Positions 1-10,288 of a DNA stretch of 64,000 nt are shown here, piece by piece. This DNA comes from Octopus sinensis (Eukaryota). The notes under the pieces were generated by a model that saw nothing but the letters and a program-made list of their open reading frames with translations, made no database searches and had not been told where the DNA came from. The translations under genes and the position numbers were made by a program. The stretch lies in the NCBI RefSeq assembly GCF_006345805.1, contig NW_021836180.1, positions 136,001 to 200,000 on the forward strand. Reading direction: 5' to 3'. Position 1 is the first letter of the stretch. Each line of letters begins with the position of its first letter.

Positions 1-43
1 ATACAGTAGTGAAAGTTTTAAAATATGAAATAAACAGAAATCG

Positions 44-2338
44 CTAGGCAACCATTTTGTTTTTTATGAAGTTTGTAGCTTTTTCTAGTAACTTCTCTGA
101 ATTCATTGGTTGTATATTCTGAGATTCCAGCCACTCAATTGCTTTCTTTTCCATTAATTCCCATTCACAATGCTGGGAAGCTATTTTTTCTCTTAGTACA
201 GCAACAACAAGAGCTGTAGCCCATACTTTATCACTAAGAGATGGATTCTCATCGTTCAGATCCTTAAGAGAAATATTGAGAGCTTGAGCCAATTGATCAT
301 CTAGATTCCAGAAACCAGAGAAAGCTTGTAGATCAACCAAACATGTTAAAATGTCCTTAATTGTTCCCTTTGAAGAGGTTAAGTCTGAGTGAGGCGACTG
401 TCTTGAATTCTCAGCATTTATACTTAAGGAATTATTTATGGAAGCATACATTCCAGCAATAACTTCTCTTGGACGTACTGGCATTGGCTCTGATTGTTGT
501 AAAACTTTTTTGGACTTACACAAAAGTTTTGGTTGTGGCGAAGAAGCACAATAACGTATGGCTCTATGTTTTGGAGCTGCCATAGAGGCCATTTGAAAAT
601 CCAATCGAACATGTTCATCCAAACCAACAAAACTTGTGTACTTTGAAACTAAATTAGCCATTGTACCCAAATCGATAATCTCTGATTTTATTTCATCACC
701 TTTACCCAAATCTTCATTTAATTCCAATTCCTGTATTTTCCTTTTCACACAAAGACGGTGTATTGTCATTTCCTTATTATTCTGTCCCAACAGACTTGCT
801 TCAAAATCAAGTGAAAAGTCTGATTCACCAATTTTACCACAAAGATTCAATTTCACATTTTTGCAACTAGTCTCAGCTTCATGCAAAACTAGATAAAGGA
901 TTAATTTTTCTTCACTGAAAATACATGGCAGCCTTTCTGGAACTGAAATAAAGGATAATTCTTTATTGTTTTCACCATGTTTAGCAGAGAGACAAACCGA
1001 AGATACAAATGGTTGCATTGACAATTTTAATAAACGCATAACTTTTGCCTTAAGGTTGTCGTTTGTCATCACAAACTCTGCTTGTCCCTTCCCTGCGCGG
1101 GCAATACCTTTGACCAATTCTGTAGAAGCTCCAGAACCAATACCAATTGTGAAGTATCGTGTGTTGTTTACTTGTGACTTGACCAATTGAATGACATCGT
1201 TTGTGTTGTAGACAGCACCATCAGTTATTAAGAATACTTGTCGATGGAAATTTTGAAATGGTTTTTTGTCAGAGAGTGATTTCAGTGCACTAAGAATTTC
1301 TGTCCCTCCCGAAGCATATAGATTTTTCTGAAATTTCAATGCTTCATTCAGAGAATCTTCACTATATTCTCGGCTTCCTTCTTTGAACAGAAATTCAAAA
1401 TCATTATTGAAGCTGATAGCATTAAATGAGCAACCCAAAGGTAAACTTTTTAAGAAAAGTAACAAAGTATCTTTTGCTGCTTCAATTTTCTCTCCAGTCA
1501 TGCTTCCTGAGCGATCAATAACAAAAATATAGTCATTAGCGGCAGATTGTTTTACTTGCGGAAGTTCTGGAAACACATTTATCATCATAATATCTTTAGA
1601 AAACATTCCTTTAGAATTCTCATCTCTTTTCTCTAAAATTACTTGTGGTTTTTCTACATCTTCATAGTACACTTGCAGAAGAAGGTCTTTCTCAAAATTG
1701 AATTCCTTTGCCATTCTCACAGTAGCATGACACTTGTTATCCTGATATTCCACGTTAACTGGATGTTCTGATTTGATGTCTTTGATTTGTGAATTCCAGT
1801 TGACAGAGGCATTGAAACTAAACTCTTTTGGTTTAGGTGCATTTTGATAATTTTCATCTGCAGGTTTAAGACCATATCTGGGATTAAGCACAAATGGCAT
1901 ATGAAATTTCACTGCCCCATCAACTTCACAAGAAAGTTCAGAAACAAGGCATATTTGTAAATGGATCTTTTCATTTGCTGGAATATTACCTAAACTATAC
2001 TCAAAAATATCGCCAGATGTACTTGTCTCTCGCAACAAAATGGCAGACTGACCTTTATCTACAGCTTGTTTGTATTCCTTTTTGGCAACATCTTTGTCTT
2101 TAGATTTGGCAACTAAATGGACATCACCAATTTTAGCTTCGAATTTATATACGGCACTGTCTTCTTCCACAGGGAAAACAAACTTAGCTTCTGTCTTGTG
2201 TTGGCTTTCATTTATATATTCAGCCTCGATGTTGACGTGTGACGTAAAACCATTAATGGAAATCGTGTGTGTGGCATAGAGAAGAGAAACCTTTGTTTTA
2301 TTTTCACAGATGATTCCAAATACCATTAGTCTATTCAT
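44..2338 (-). CDS. VWA5A: VWA5A-like protein, copy A1 (VIT domain + vWA/MIDAS + variable linker + C-terminal domain), intact single-exon CDS, 764 aa
   Basis: Uninterrupted ORF. N-terminal VIT motifs (YINES..EAKFVFPVEEDSAVYKFEAKIG; FEYSLGNIP), MIDAS FVIDRSGSM...GGT...FLITDG, SKYTSFV, and C-terminal LVDLQAFSGFW...WATAL...WELMEKKA typical of the VWA5A family. No signal peptide evident. Confidence 0.9.
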   Translation of the reverse strand: MNRLMVFGIICENKTKVSLLYATHTISINGFTSHVNIEAEYINESQHKTEAKFVFPVEEDSAVYKFEAKIGDVHLVAKSKDKDVAKKEYKQAVDKGQSAILLRETSTSGDIFEYSLGNIPANEKIHLQICLVSELSCEVDGAVKFHMPFVLNPRYGLKPADENYQNAPKPKEFSFNASVNWNSQIKDIKSEHPVNVEYQDNKCHATVRMAKEFNFEKDLLLQVYYEDVEKPQVILEKRDENSKGMFSKDIMMINVFPELPQVKQSAANDYIFVIDRSGSMTGEKIEAAKDTLLLFLKSLPLGCSFNAISFNNDFEFLFKEGSREYSEDSLNEALKFQKNLYASGGTEILSALKSLSDKKPFQNFHRQVFLITDGAVYNTNDVIQLVKSQVNNTRYFTIGIGSGASTELVKGIARAGKGQAEFVMTNDNLKAKVMRLLKLSMQPFVSSVCLSAKHGENNKELSFISVPERLPCIFSEEKLILYLVLHEAETSCKNVKLNLCGKIGESDFSLDFEASLLGQNNKEMTIHRLCVKRKIQELELNEDLGKGDEIKSEIIDLGTMANLVSKYTSFVGLDEHVRLDFQMASMAAPKHRAIRYCASSPQPKLLCKSKKVLQQSEPMPVRPREVIAGMYASINNSLSINAENSRQSPHSDLTSSKGTIKDILTCLVDLQAFSGFWNLDDQLAQALNISLKDLNDENPSLSDKVWATALVVAVLREKIASQHCEWELMEKKAIEWLESQNIQPMNSEKLLEKATNFIKNKMVA

Positions 2339-2354
2339 GTTTGCAATGAAAGTG

Positions 2355-2380
2355 CTAGATAAAATAGAAGGAGAAACATC
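2355..2380 (-). promoter_or_regulatory. Candidate splice acceptor 16 nt upstream of the type-A ATG (also ~32299-32324 and near 62191)
   Basis: Minus strand reads tttctccttctattttatctAG|cactttcattgcaaacATG. Confidence 0.6.
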
Positions 2381-3338
2381 TTATTTAGAAATGATATATA
2401 CATGTTGCATTTAAAAGGTTATTTTATTTTTGGTGAGAGATGATAGTGCTAAGTAAATATGACTTCTAATTGCCAGGTCCATTGACAGCAGTTATCCTGA
2501 TAATGTTCTTGGAGGTGCACATGTATGTGTGTGTGGAAGTATGAAGAATCTATTACCACTGCTGTTGCTGCTACAACTCCTACTACTACAAAAAGTACTG
2601 TTGCCACTGGTTGTGCCCTTGTGCTGGTGAATGAGGTAGAGATGGTACACAAATGATGACAATGTTGTCAGAGACAATCATATTTTGCTCCAGCTTGACC
2701 TTGTTCCTCCACAATGATAGTGAAAAGTGTATTGCCCATGACAATCCCATCTCTGTACATACACAGCTTATCTAGTTCTACATTATATAGTGTGATCCTC
2801 CTCATTTAGAGATGGCTGAGTGTGATATGAGGGAGAATTTGTTACTGTTTCTTGTTGGTATGTTATTGTTGTTGAAACTTAAGTCAAACCTAAACAGACA
2901 AAACTATAATAAAAATAAATTCTAGTCACAATCAAGCCATCTCTCATGACACAGTTTATCTTAGACTATATCATCCTATGTGTTCTTCCTATGTTTTAAA
3001 GACTGCAGGTCATGACTTGAGAGAGGTGCTTGTTACTTATAGCAGGTCAATAAACCCCATAGTGTATATTGAATTGGCTCATTATGTTTACTGTTGTTGT
3101 TGTTGTTGTTATCATCATCATTATCATCATCATCAAAGCGGCAAACTCGCAGAATCGTTAGCATGCTGGGTGAAATGCTTAGCCGTATTTTGTCTGCTGC
3201 TATGTTCTGATTTCAAATTCTGGTCAACTTTGATTTTCATCCTTTCCGAGTCGATAAATTAAGTACCAGTTAAACACTGGGGTCAATGTAATCAACTAGT
3301 CCCCTCCCACCAAATTTCAGGATTATTATTATTATTAT

Positions 3339-3676
3339 GTGAAGGTGCAAGGCTCAGTGGTTAGAGCATCGAGCTTACAATCGTGAGGTTGTGAGTTCAA
3401 ATCTCGGAGCGGGCTGCGTGTTGTGTTCTTGAGCAAGACACTTTATTTCACATTGCTCTAGTTCACTGAGCTGTAGAAATGAGTTGTGACGTCACAGGTG
3501 CCAAGCTGTATTGGCCCTTTTGCCTTTCCCTTGGATAACACTGGTGGTGTGGAGAGGGGAGGCTGGAATGCGTGGGCGACTGCCGGTCTTCCATAAACAA
3601 CCTTGCCCGGACTTGTGCCTGAGAGGGTAACTTTCAAGGTGCAATCCCATGGTCAGTCATGACCGAAGAGGGTCTC
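3339..3676 (+). mobile_element. tRNA-headed SINE family 1 (copies 7066-7400, 33280-33615, 41291-41628, 63169-63536)
   Basis: A box ggctcagtgg, B box gagttcaaatc, ~340 bp body repeated across the window; no closing acceptor stem. Confidence 0.75.
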
Positions 3677-4314
3677 AGCTCAGCATTATTATTATTATCA
3701 TAATTATTATTAAGGCAGTGAGCAGGCAGAATCGTTAGCATACCAGGCAAAATGCTAACCAGTATTTTACTTGTCTTCACAGTCTGAGTTTAAATTATGC
3801 CAAGGTTGACTTTGCCTTTCATCCTCTTAGGGTCAATAAAATAAGTACCAGTTGATCATCGGTGTTTACATTGATCACTGGAGTCGATGTAGTGTACTTC
3901 CCCTTTCCTGAAAACTGCTGGCCTTGTGCCAAAATTTGAAACTATTATCATTTTTTGTCAGGGCATGGATTGGTAGAATCACTGGCGCATGGGGTAAAAT
4001 GTTATGTGTTGTTTCTTCTGGCTCTTTATGTCCTGAGTTCAAATCCCACCAAGGTCAATTTTGCCTTTATTCTTTCAGATTCAACAAAATCAAGAAACAG
4101 TTAAATACTGGTGTCCATGGTACCAATTAAGCCCCTTCTACTCCCATTTCAAAATTTCAGGCCCTTTGCCCACATTAGAAATTATGATTTGTATTAATTA
4201 TTATCTCGTCAGTGATGAGTGAGCAGACTCGTTAGAATGTTGAACAAAATATTTAGTGGTATTTCATTCACTAAAACTGCTGGCCTTGTGCCAAAATCTG
4301 AAATCATTATCTGT

Positions 4315-4315
4315 G

Positions 4316-4346
<31 letters not shown>

Positions 4347-4356
4347 CAGTAGTAGT
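4315..4356 (+). repeat. (AGT)n microsatellite (copies ~8163 and ~34376)
   Basis: Read directly. Confidence 0.9.
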
Positions 4357-4650
4357 ACAAATGGGAGTAGTAGAAGCAGCAGCTTTAGTCATTTTTATTT
4401 TAGCTCAGACATGATTAAGGTAACCTAATTTCAAAGGTATTCTAACCATTAAAATCCTGTCTTTTTGTTAATTGAAGGAGGCTTGGCACTAGTTCTAGCA
4501 TGTTGAGTGACTACATAGCATAAGAATGAAAGTAATTTTAAGGAATGCTCTCAAAAGCTATTCAAATGAACAGATATTGCCCTCAAATTTCGAAATGCAT
4601 AAAAATACAGCAATCGGTCATAGACTCATGTCATGTATTAATTATATATA

Positions 4651-5048
4651 CTCTTCTACTTGTTTCAGTCATTTGACTGTGGCCATGCTGGAGCACCGCC
4701 TTAAGTCGAACAAATCGACCCCAGGACTTATTCTTTGTAAGCCTAGTACTTATTCTATTGGTCTCTTTTGCTGAACTGCTAAGTTACGGGGATGTAAACA
4801 CACCACCATCGGTTGTCAAGCTATGTTGGGGAGAACAAACACAAACACATAAACACTCACACAAGTATACATATATATATATATATATACGACGGGCTTA
4901 GTTTCCATCTACCAAATCCACTCACAAGGCTTGGTTGGCCCGAGGCTATAGTAGAAGGCACTTGCCCAAGGTGCCATGCAGTGGGAATGAACCTGGAACC
5001 ATGTGGTTGGTAAGCAAACTACTTACCTCACAGCCACTCCTGCACCTA
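4651..5048 (-). mobile_element. SINE family 2 with central (TA)n/(TG)n microsatellite (copies 8506-8902, 34716-35110, 41730-42199, 42948-43374, partial 16660-17023 and 47826-48023)
   Basis: Head ggagtggctgtgtggtaag...ggttcagtccc; tail cagtcaaatgactgaaacaagtaaaagag; many dispersed copies. Confidence 0.75.
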
Positions 5049-5064
5049 TATAAAAAATGAAATA

Positions 5065-5525
5065 TGCAGCATGTTGACAGAGCGGCTAACTGGCTTCCAT
5101 ACCAGTGGCACATAAAAAGCACCATTCGTGTGTGATCGTTACCAGTATTGCCTTACTAGCACTTGTGCCCGTGCTAGTAGGGTGCCAAGAGCACCATCCG
5201 AGTGTGATTGTTGCCACAGGGCACCATTCATGCATGAACGTTACCAGCGCGGCCTTACTGGCACCTGTGCCGGTAGCACGTGTAAAAAGATTCGAGCGAG
5301 GTCATTGCCAGTACCGCCTGACTGGCCTCCGTGCAGATGGCATGTAAAAAGCACTCACTACACTCTCGGAGTGGTTGGCGTTAGGAATGGCATCCAGCTG
5401 TAGAAACTCTGCCAGATCAAGATTGGAGCCCGGTGCAGCCATCTGGTTTGCCAGCCCTCAGTCAAAATCGTCCAACCCGTGCTAGCATGGAAAGCGGACG
5501 TTAAACGATGATGATGATGATGATG
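5065..5525 (+). mobile_element. RTE-like 3' UTR fragment with (GAT)n tail (copies ~8925-9383 and 35128-35589)
   Basis: Shares ggcgttaggaa.ggcatccagctgtagaaa...ggacgttaaacgatgatgat with 42780-42943. Confidence 0.6.
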
Positions 5526-8163
5526 TGAATTTCGTGCGCAGAAACTGTGTGGAAGCCATCTTTGTGTCTGAGTATAATATATATATGAATATATGTGTGT
5601 GTGTTTGTGTGTATGAGCACAGGTGTAGCTGTGTGGTAAGAAGTTTGCTTCCCAACCATATGCTTCTAGGTTCAGTCCCACAGGGTGGAACATTTGAGCA
5701 AATGTCTTCTACTATAGCCTCGGGGACAAGTGAAGCCTAATAAGTGGATTTGGTAGACAGAATCAGAAAGAAGCACAGTGTGTGTATGTGTGTGAGAGAG
5801 AGAGTATTTCTTTATTCACCACAAGGTTGAGAAAAAGAGGGGACAAAACAAACGTTGGGGTCAGGGTATCGAATGAGACGAAACGTATGAATAAACAAAC
5901 AATTAAAATCTATACAATTAAATGAGAATGAGTGAATAACAAAAAATGAAGCAGAGGACGCAGTTGACCCCACAAACCCCATACTCACACTGAAGACTTT
6001 GCTTTCTCCTTTTTTACATTCTCAATTAAACAGGTTCTTTCACTCGCAACATATTTGCTATAGACTTCTATCTTTTACGAAACACACTTTGCGACAGGCA
6101 TTTCTTCTCCAGCCTTATTTTCCGTTTCATGTGGAAAACGAAAAAGTTGATTAGCTGGAGACTGGAGATAAACATGCCTGTTGCAATCCTTTTACTCTCG
6201 TCTCTTTCACCATAGCAACTACCGAGATAAAAAACAGGCTCGCTCCCCCTAAGAGTCCGTGTAAGTATGAAGAATCTATTACCACTGCTGCTGTTGCTGC
6301 TACAACTCCTACTACTACAAAAAGTACTGTTGCCACTGGTTGTGCCCTTGTGCTGGTGAATGATGAGGTAGAGATGGTACACAAATGATGACAATGTTGT
6401 CAGAGACAATCATATTTTGCTCCAGCTTGACCTTGTTCCTCCACAATGATAGTGAAAAGTGTATTGCCCATGACAATCCCATCTCTGTACATGCACAGCT
6501 TATCTAGTTCTACATTATATAGTGTGATCCTCCTCATTTAGAGATGGCTGAGTGTGATATGAGGGAGAATTTGTTACTGTTTCTTGTTGGTATGTTATTG
6601 TTGTTGAAACTTAAGTCAAACCTAAACAGACAAAACTATAATAAAAATAAATTCTAGTCACAATCAAGCCATCTCTCATGACACAGTTTATCTTAGACTA
6701 TATCATCCTATGTGTTCTTCCTATGTTTTAAAGACTGCAGGTCATGACTTGAGAGAGGTGCTTGTTACTTATAGCAGGTCATAAACCCCATAGTGTATAT
6801 TGAATTGGCTCATTATGTTTACTGTTGTTGTTGTTGTTATCATCATCATTATCATCATCATCAAAGCGGCAAACTCGCAGAATCGTTAGCATGCTGGGTG
6901 AAATGCTTAGCCGTATTTTGTCTGCTGCTATGTTCTGATTTCAAATTCTGGTCAACTTTGTTTTTCATCCTTTCCGAGTCGATAAATTAAGTACCAGTTA
7001 AACACTGGGGTCAATGTAATCAACTAGTCCCCTCCCACTAAATTTCAGGATTATATTATTATTATGTGAAGGTGCAAGGCTCAGTGGTTAGAGCATCGAG
7101 CTTACAATCGTGAGGTTGTGAGTTCAAATCCTGGAGCGGGCTGCGTGTTGTGTTCTTGAGCAAGACACTTTATTTCACGTTGCTCTAGTTCACTGAGCTG
7201 TAGAAATGAGTTGTGACGTCACAGGTGCCAAGCTGTATGGCCTTTGCCTTTCCCTTGGATAACACTGGTGGTGTGGAGAGGGGAGGCTGGTATGCATGGG
7301 CGACTGCCGGTCTTCCATAAACAACCTTGCCCGGACTTGTGCCTGAGAGGGTAACTTTCAAGGTGCAATCCCATGGTCAGTCATGACCGAAGAGGGTCTC
7401 AGCTCAGCATTATTATTATTATCATAATTATTATTAAGGCAGTGAGCAGGCAGAATCGTTAGCATACCAGGCGAAATGCTAACCAGTATTTTACTTGTCT
7501 TCACAGTCTGAGTTTAAATTCTGCCAAGGTTGGCTTTGCCTTTCATCCTCTTAGGGTCAATAAAATAAGTACCAGTTGATCATCCGTGTTTACATTGATC
7601 ACTGGAGTCGATGTAGTGTACTTCCCCTTTCCCTGAAACTGCTGGCCTTGTGCCAAAATTTGAAACTATTATCATTTTTTGTCAGGGCATGGATTGTGTA
7701 GAATCACTGGCGCATGGGGTAAAATGTTATGTGTTGTTTCTTCTGGCTCTTTATGTCCTGAGTTCAAATCCCACCAAGGTCAATTTTGCCTTTATTCTTT
7801 CAGATTCAACAAAATCAAGAAACAGTTAAATACTGGTGTCCATGGTACCAATTAAGCCCCCTTCTACTCCCATTTCAAAATTTCAGGCCCTTTGCCCACA
7901 TTAGAAATTATGATTTGTATTAATTATTATCTCGTCAGTGATGATGAGTGAGCAGACTCGTTAGAATGTTGAACAAAATATTTAGTGGTATTTCATTCAG
8001 CTCTTATTTTCTGAATTGAAATTTTGCTGAGGTCAGCTTGGCCTTCATGTAGTGGAGGGTTGAGAAATCCAAGTACCAGTCATGTATTGAGGTTAATGTA
8101 ACCAATAATCTCCTGCCACTAAAACTGCTGGCCTTGTGCCAAAATCTGAAATCATTATCTGTG

Positions 8164-8197
<34 letters not shown>

Positions 8198-10288
8198 CAG
8201 TAGTAGTACAAATGGGAGTAGTAGAAGCAGCAGCTTTAGTCATTTTTATTTTAGCTCAGACATGATTAAGGTAACCTAATTTCAAAGGTATTCTAACCAT
8301 TAAAATCCTGTCTTTTTGTTAATTGAAGGAGGCTTGGCACTAGTTCTAGCATGCATGTTGAGTGACTACATAGCATAAGAATGAAAGTAATTTTAAGGAA
8401 TGCTCTCAAAAGCTATTCAAATAAACTGATATTGCCCTCAAATTTCGAAATGCATAAAAATACAGCAATCGGTCATAGACTCATGTCATGTATTAATTAT
8501 ATATACTCTTCTACTTGTTTCAGTCATTTGACTGTGGCCATGCTGGAGCACCGCCTTAAGTCGAACAAATCGACCCCAGGACTTATTCTTTGTAAGCCTA
8601 GTACTTATTCTATTGGTCTCTTTTGCTGAACTGCTAAGTTACGGGGATGTAAACACACCACCATCGGTTGTCAAGCTATGTTGGGGAGAACAAACACAAA
8701 CACATAAACACTCACACAAGTATACATATATATATATATATACGACGGGCTTAGTTTCCATCTACCAAATCCACTCACAAGGCTTTGGTTGGCCCGAGGC
8801 TATAGTAGAAGGCACTTGCCCGAGGTGCCATGCAGTGGGAATGAACCTGGAACCATGTGGTTGGTAAGCAAACTACTTAGCTCACAGCCACTCCTGCACC
8901 TATATAAAAAATGAAATATGCAGCATGTTGACAGAGCAGCTAACTGGCTTCCATACCAGTGGCACATAAAAAGCACCATTCGCGTGTGATCGTTACCAGT
9001 ATTGCCTTACTAGCACTTGTGCGCGTGCTAGTAGGGTGCCAAGAGCACCATCCGAGTGTGTGATTGTTGCCACAGGGCACCATTCATGCATATGAACGTT
9101 ACCAGCGCGGCCTTACTGGCACCTGTGCCGGTAGCACGTGTAAAAAGATTCGAGCGAGGTCATTGCCAGTACCGCCTGACTGGCCTCCGTGCAGATGGCA
9201 TGTAAAAAGCACTCACTACACTCTCGGAGTGGTTGGCGTTAGGAATGGCATCCAGCTGTAGAAACTCTGCCAGATCAAGATTGGAGCCCGGTGCAGCCAT
9301 CTGGTTTGCCAGCCCTCAGTCAAAATCGTCCAACCCGTGCTAGCATGGAAAGCGGACGTTAAACGATAATGATGATGATGATGTGAATTTCGTGCGCAGC
9401 GAAGAAACTGTGTGGAAGCCATCTTTGTGTCTGAGTATAATATATATATGAATATATGTGTGTGTGTTTGTGTGTATGAGCACAGGTGTAGCTGTGTGGT
9501 AAGAAGTTTGCTTCCCAACCATATGCTTCTAGGTTCAGTCCCACAGGGTGGAACATTTGAGCAAATGTCTTCTACTATAGCCTCGGGGACAAGTGAAGCC
9601 TAATAAGTGGATTTTGGTAGACAGAATCAGAAAGAAGCACAGTGTGTGTATGTGTGTGTGAGAGAGAGAGTATTTCTTTATTCACCATAAGGTTGAGAAA
9701 AAGAGGGGACAAAACAAACGTTGGGGTCAGGGTATCGAATGAGACGAAACGTATGAATAAAACAAACAAACAATTAAATCTATACAATTAAATGAGAATG
9801 AGTGAATAACAAAAAATGAAGCAGAGGACGCAGTTGACCCCACAAACCCCATACTCACACTGAAGACTTTGCTTTCTCCTTTTTTACATTCTCAATTAAA
9901 AGGTTCTTTCACTCGCAACATATTGCTATAGACTTCTATCTTTTACGAAAACACACTTTGCGACAGGCATTTCTTCTCCAGCCTTATTTTCCGTTTCATG
10001 TGGAAAACGAAAAAGTTGATTAGCTGGAGACTGGAGATAAACATGCCTGTTGCAATTCCTTTACTCTCGTCTTCTTTCACCATAGCAACTACCGAGAGAA
10101 AAACAGGGCTCGCTCTCCTAAGAGTCCGTGTATCTCCTTTTGTCCTCCACCACAACTGGTGTTTGTTTGCTTAAGTGTATGTAACTTAGCAGTTCGACAA
10201 AATAACCAACAGAATGAGAACCAGGGTTAAACAAAAAAATATTGAGTCAATTCGTTTTGGCTAAAATCTCTTCAAGATGGTGCCCCAG

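Larger units (their letters stand above)
2538..10133. repeat. Direct tandem duplication of ~3.7-3.9 kb (2538-6262 and 6263-10133), unit 1 only
   Basis: At 6263 the sequence restarts at aagtatgaagaatctattacc (=2538). Unit 2 has a single copy (~32479-36328). Confidence 0.85.

Noticed and set aside
636-2279. Plus-strand ORFs repeated in every gene copy (MYFETKL..., MFSPCL..., MAYEIS..., MYSFLA...)
   Set aside because: Antisense shadows of the VWA5A-like CDS; they recur only because the gene is duplicated.
3339-3420. tRNA-like heads with A and B boxes
   Set aside because: No closing acceptor stem and each continues into a conserved repeat body: SINEs, not tRNA genes.
2449-9787. Recurrent short ORFs such as MCTISTS..., MKVILRN..., MAHKKHH..., MCQNLK...
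   Set aside because: They lie in SINE, RTE or microsatellite sequence, change with indels between copies and show no recognisable domain.
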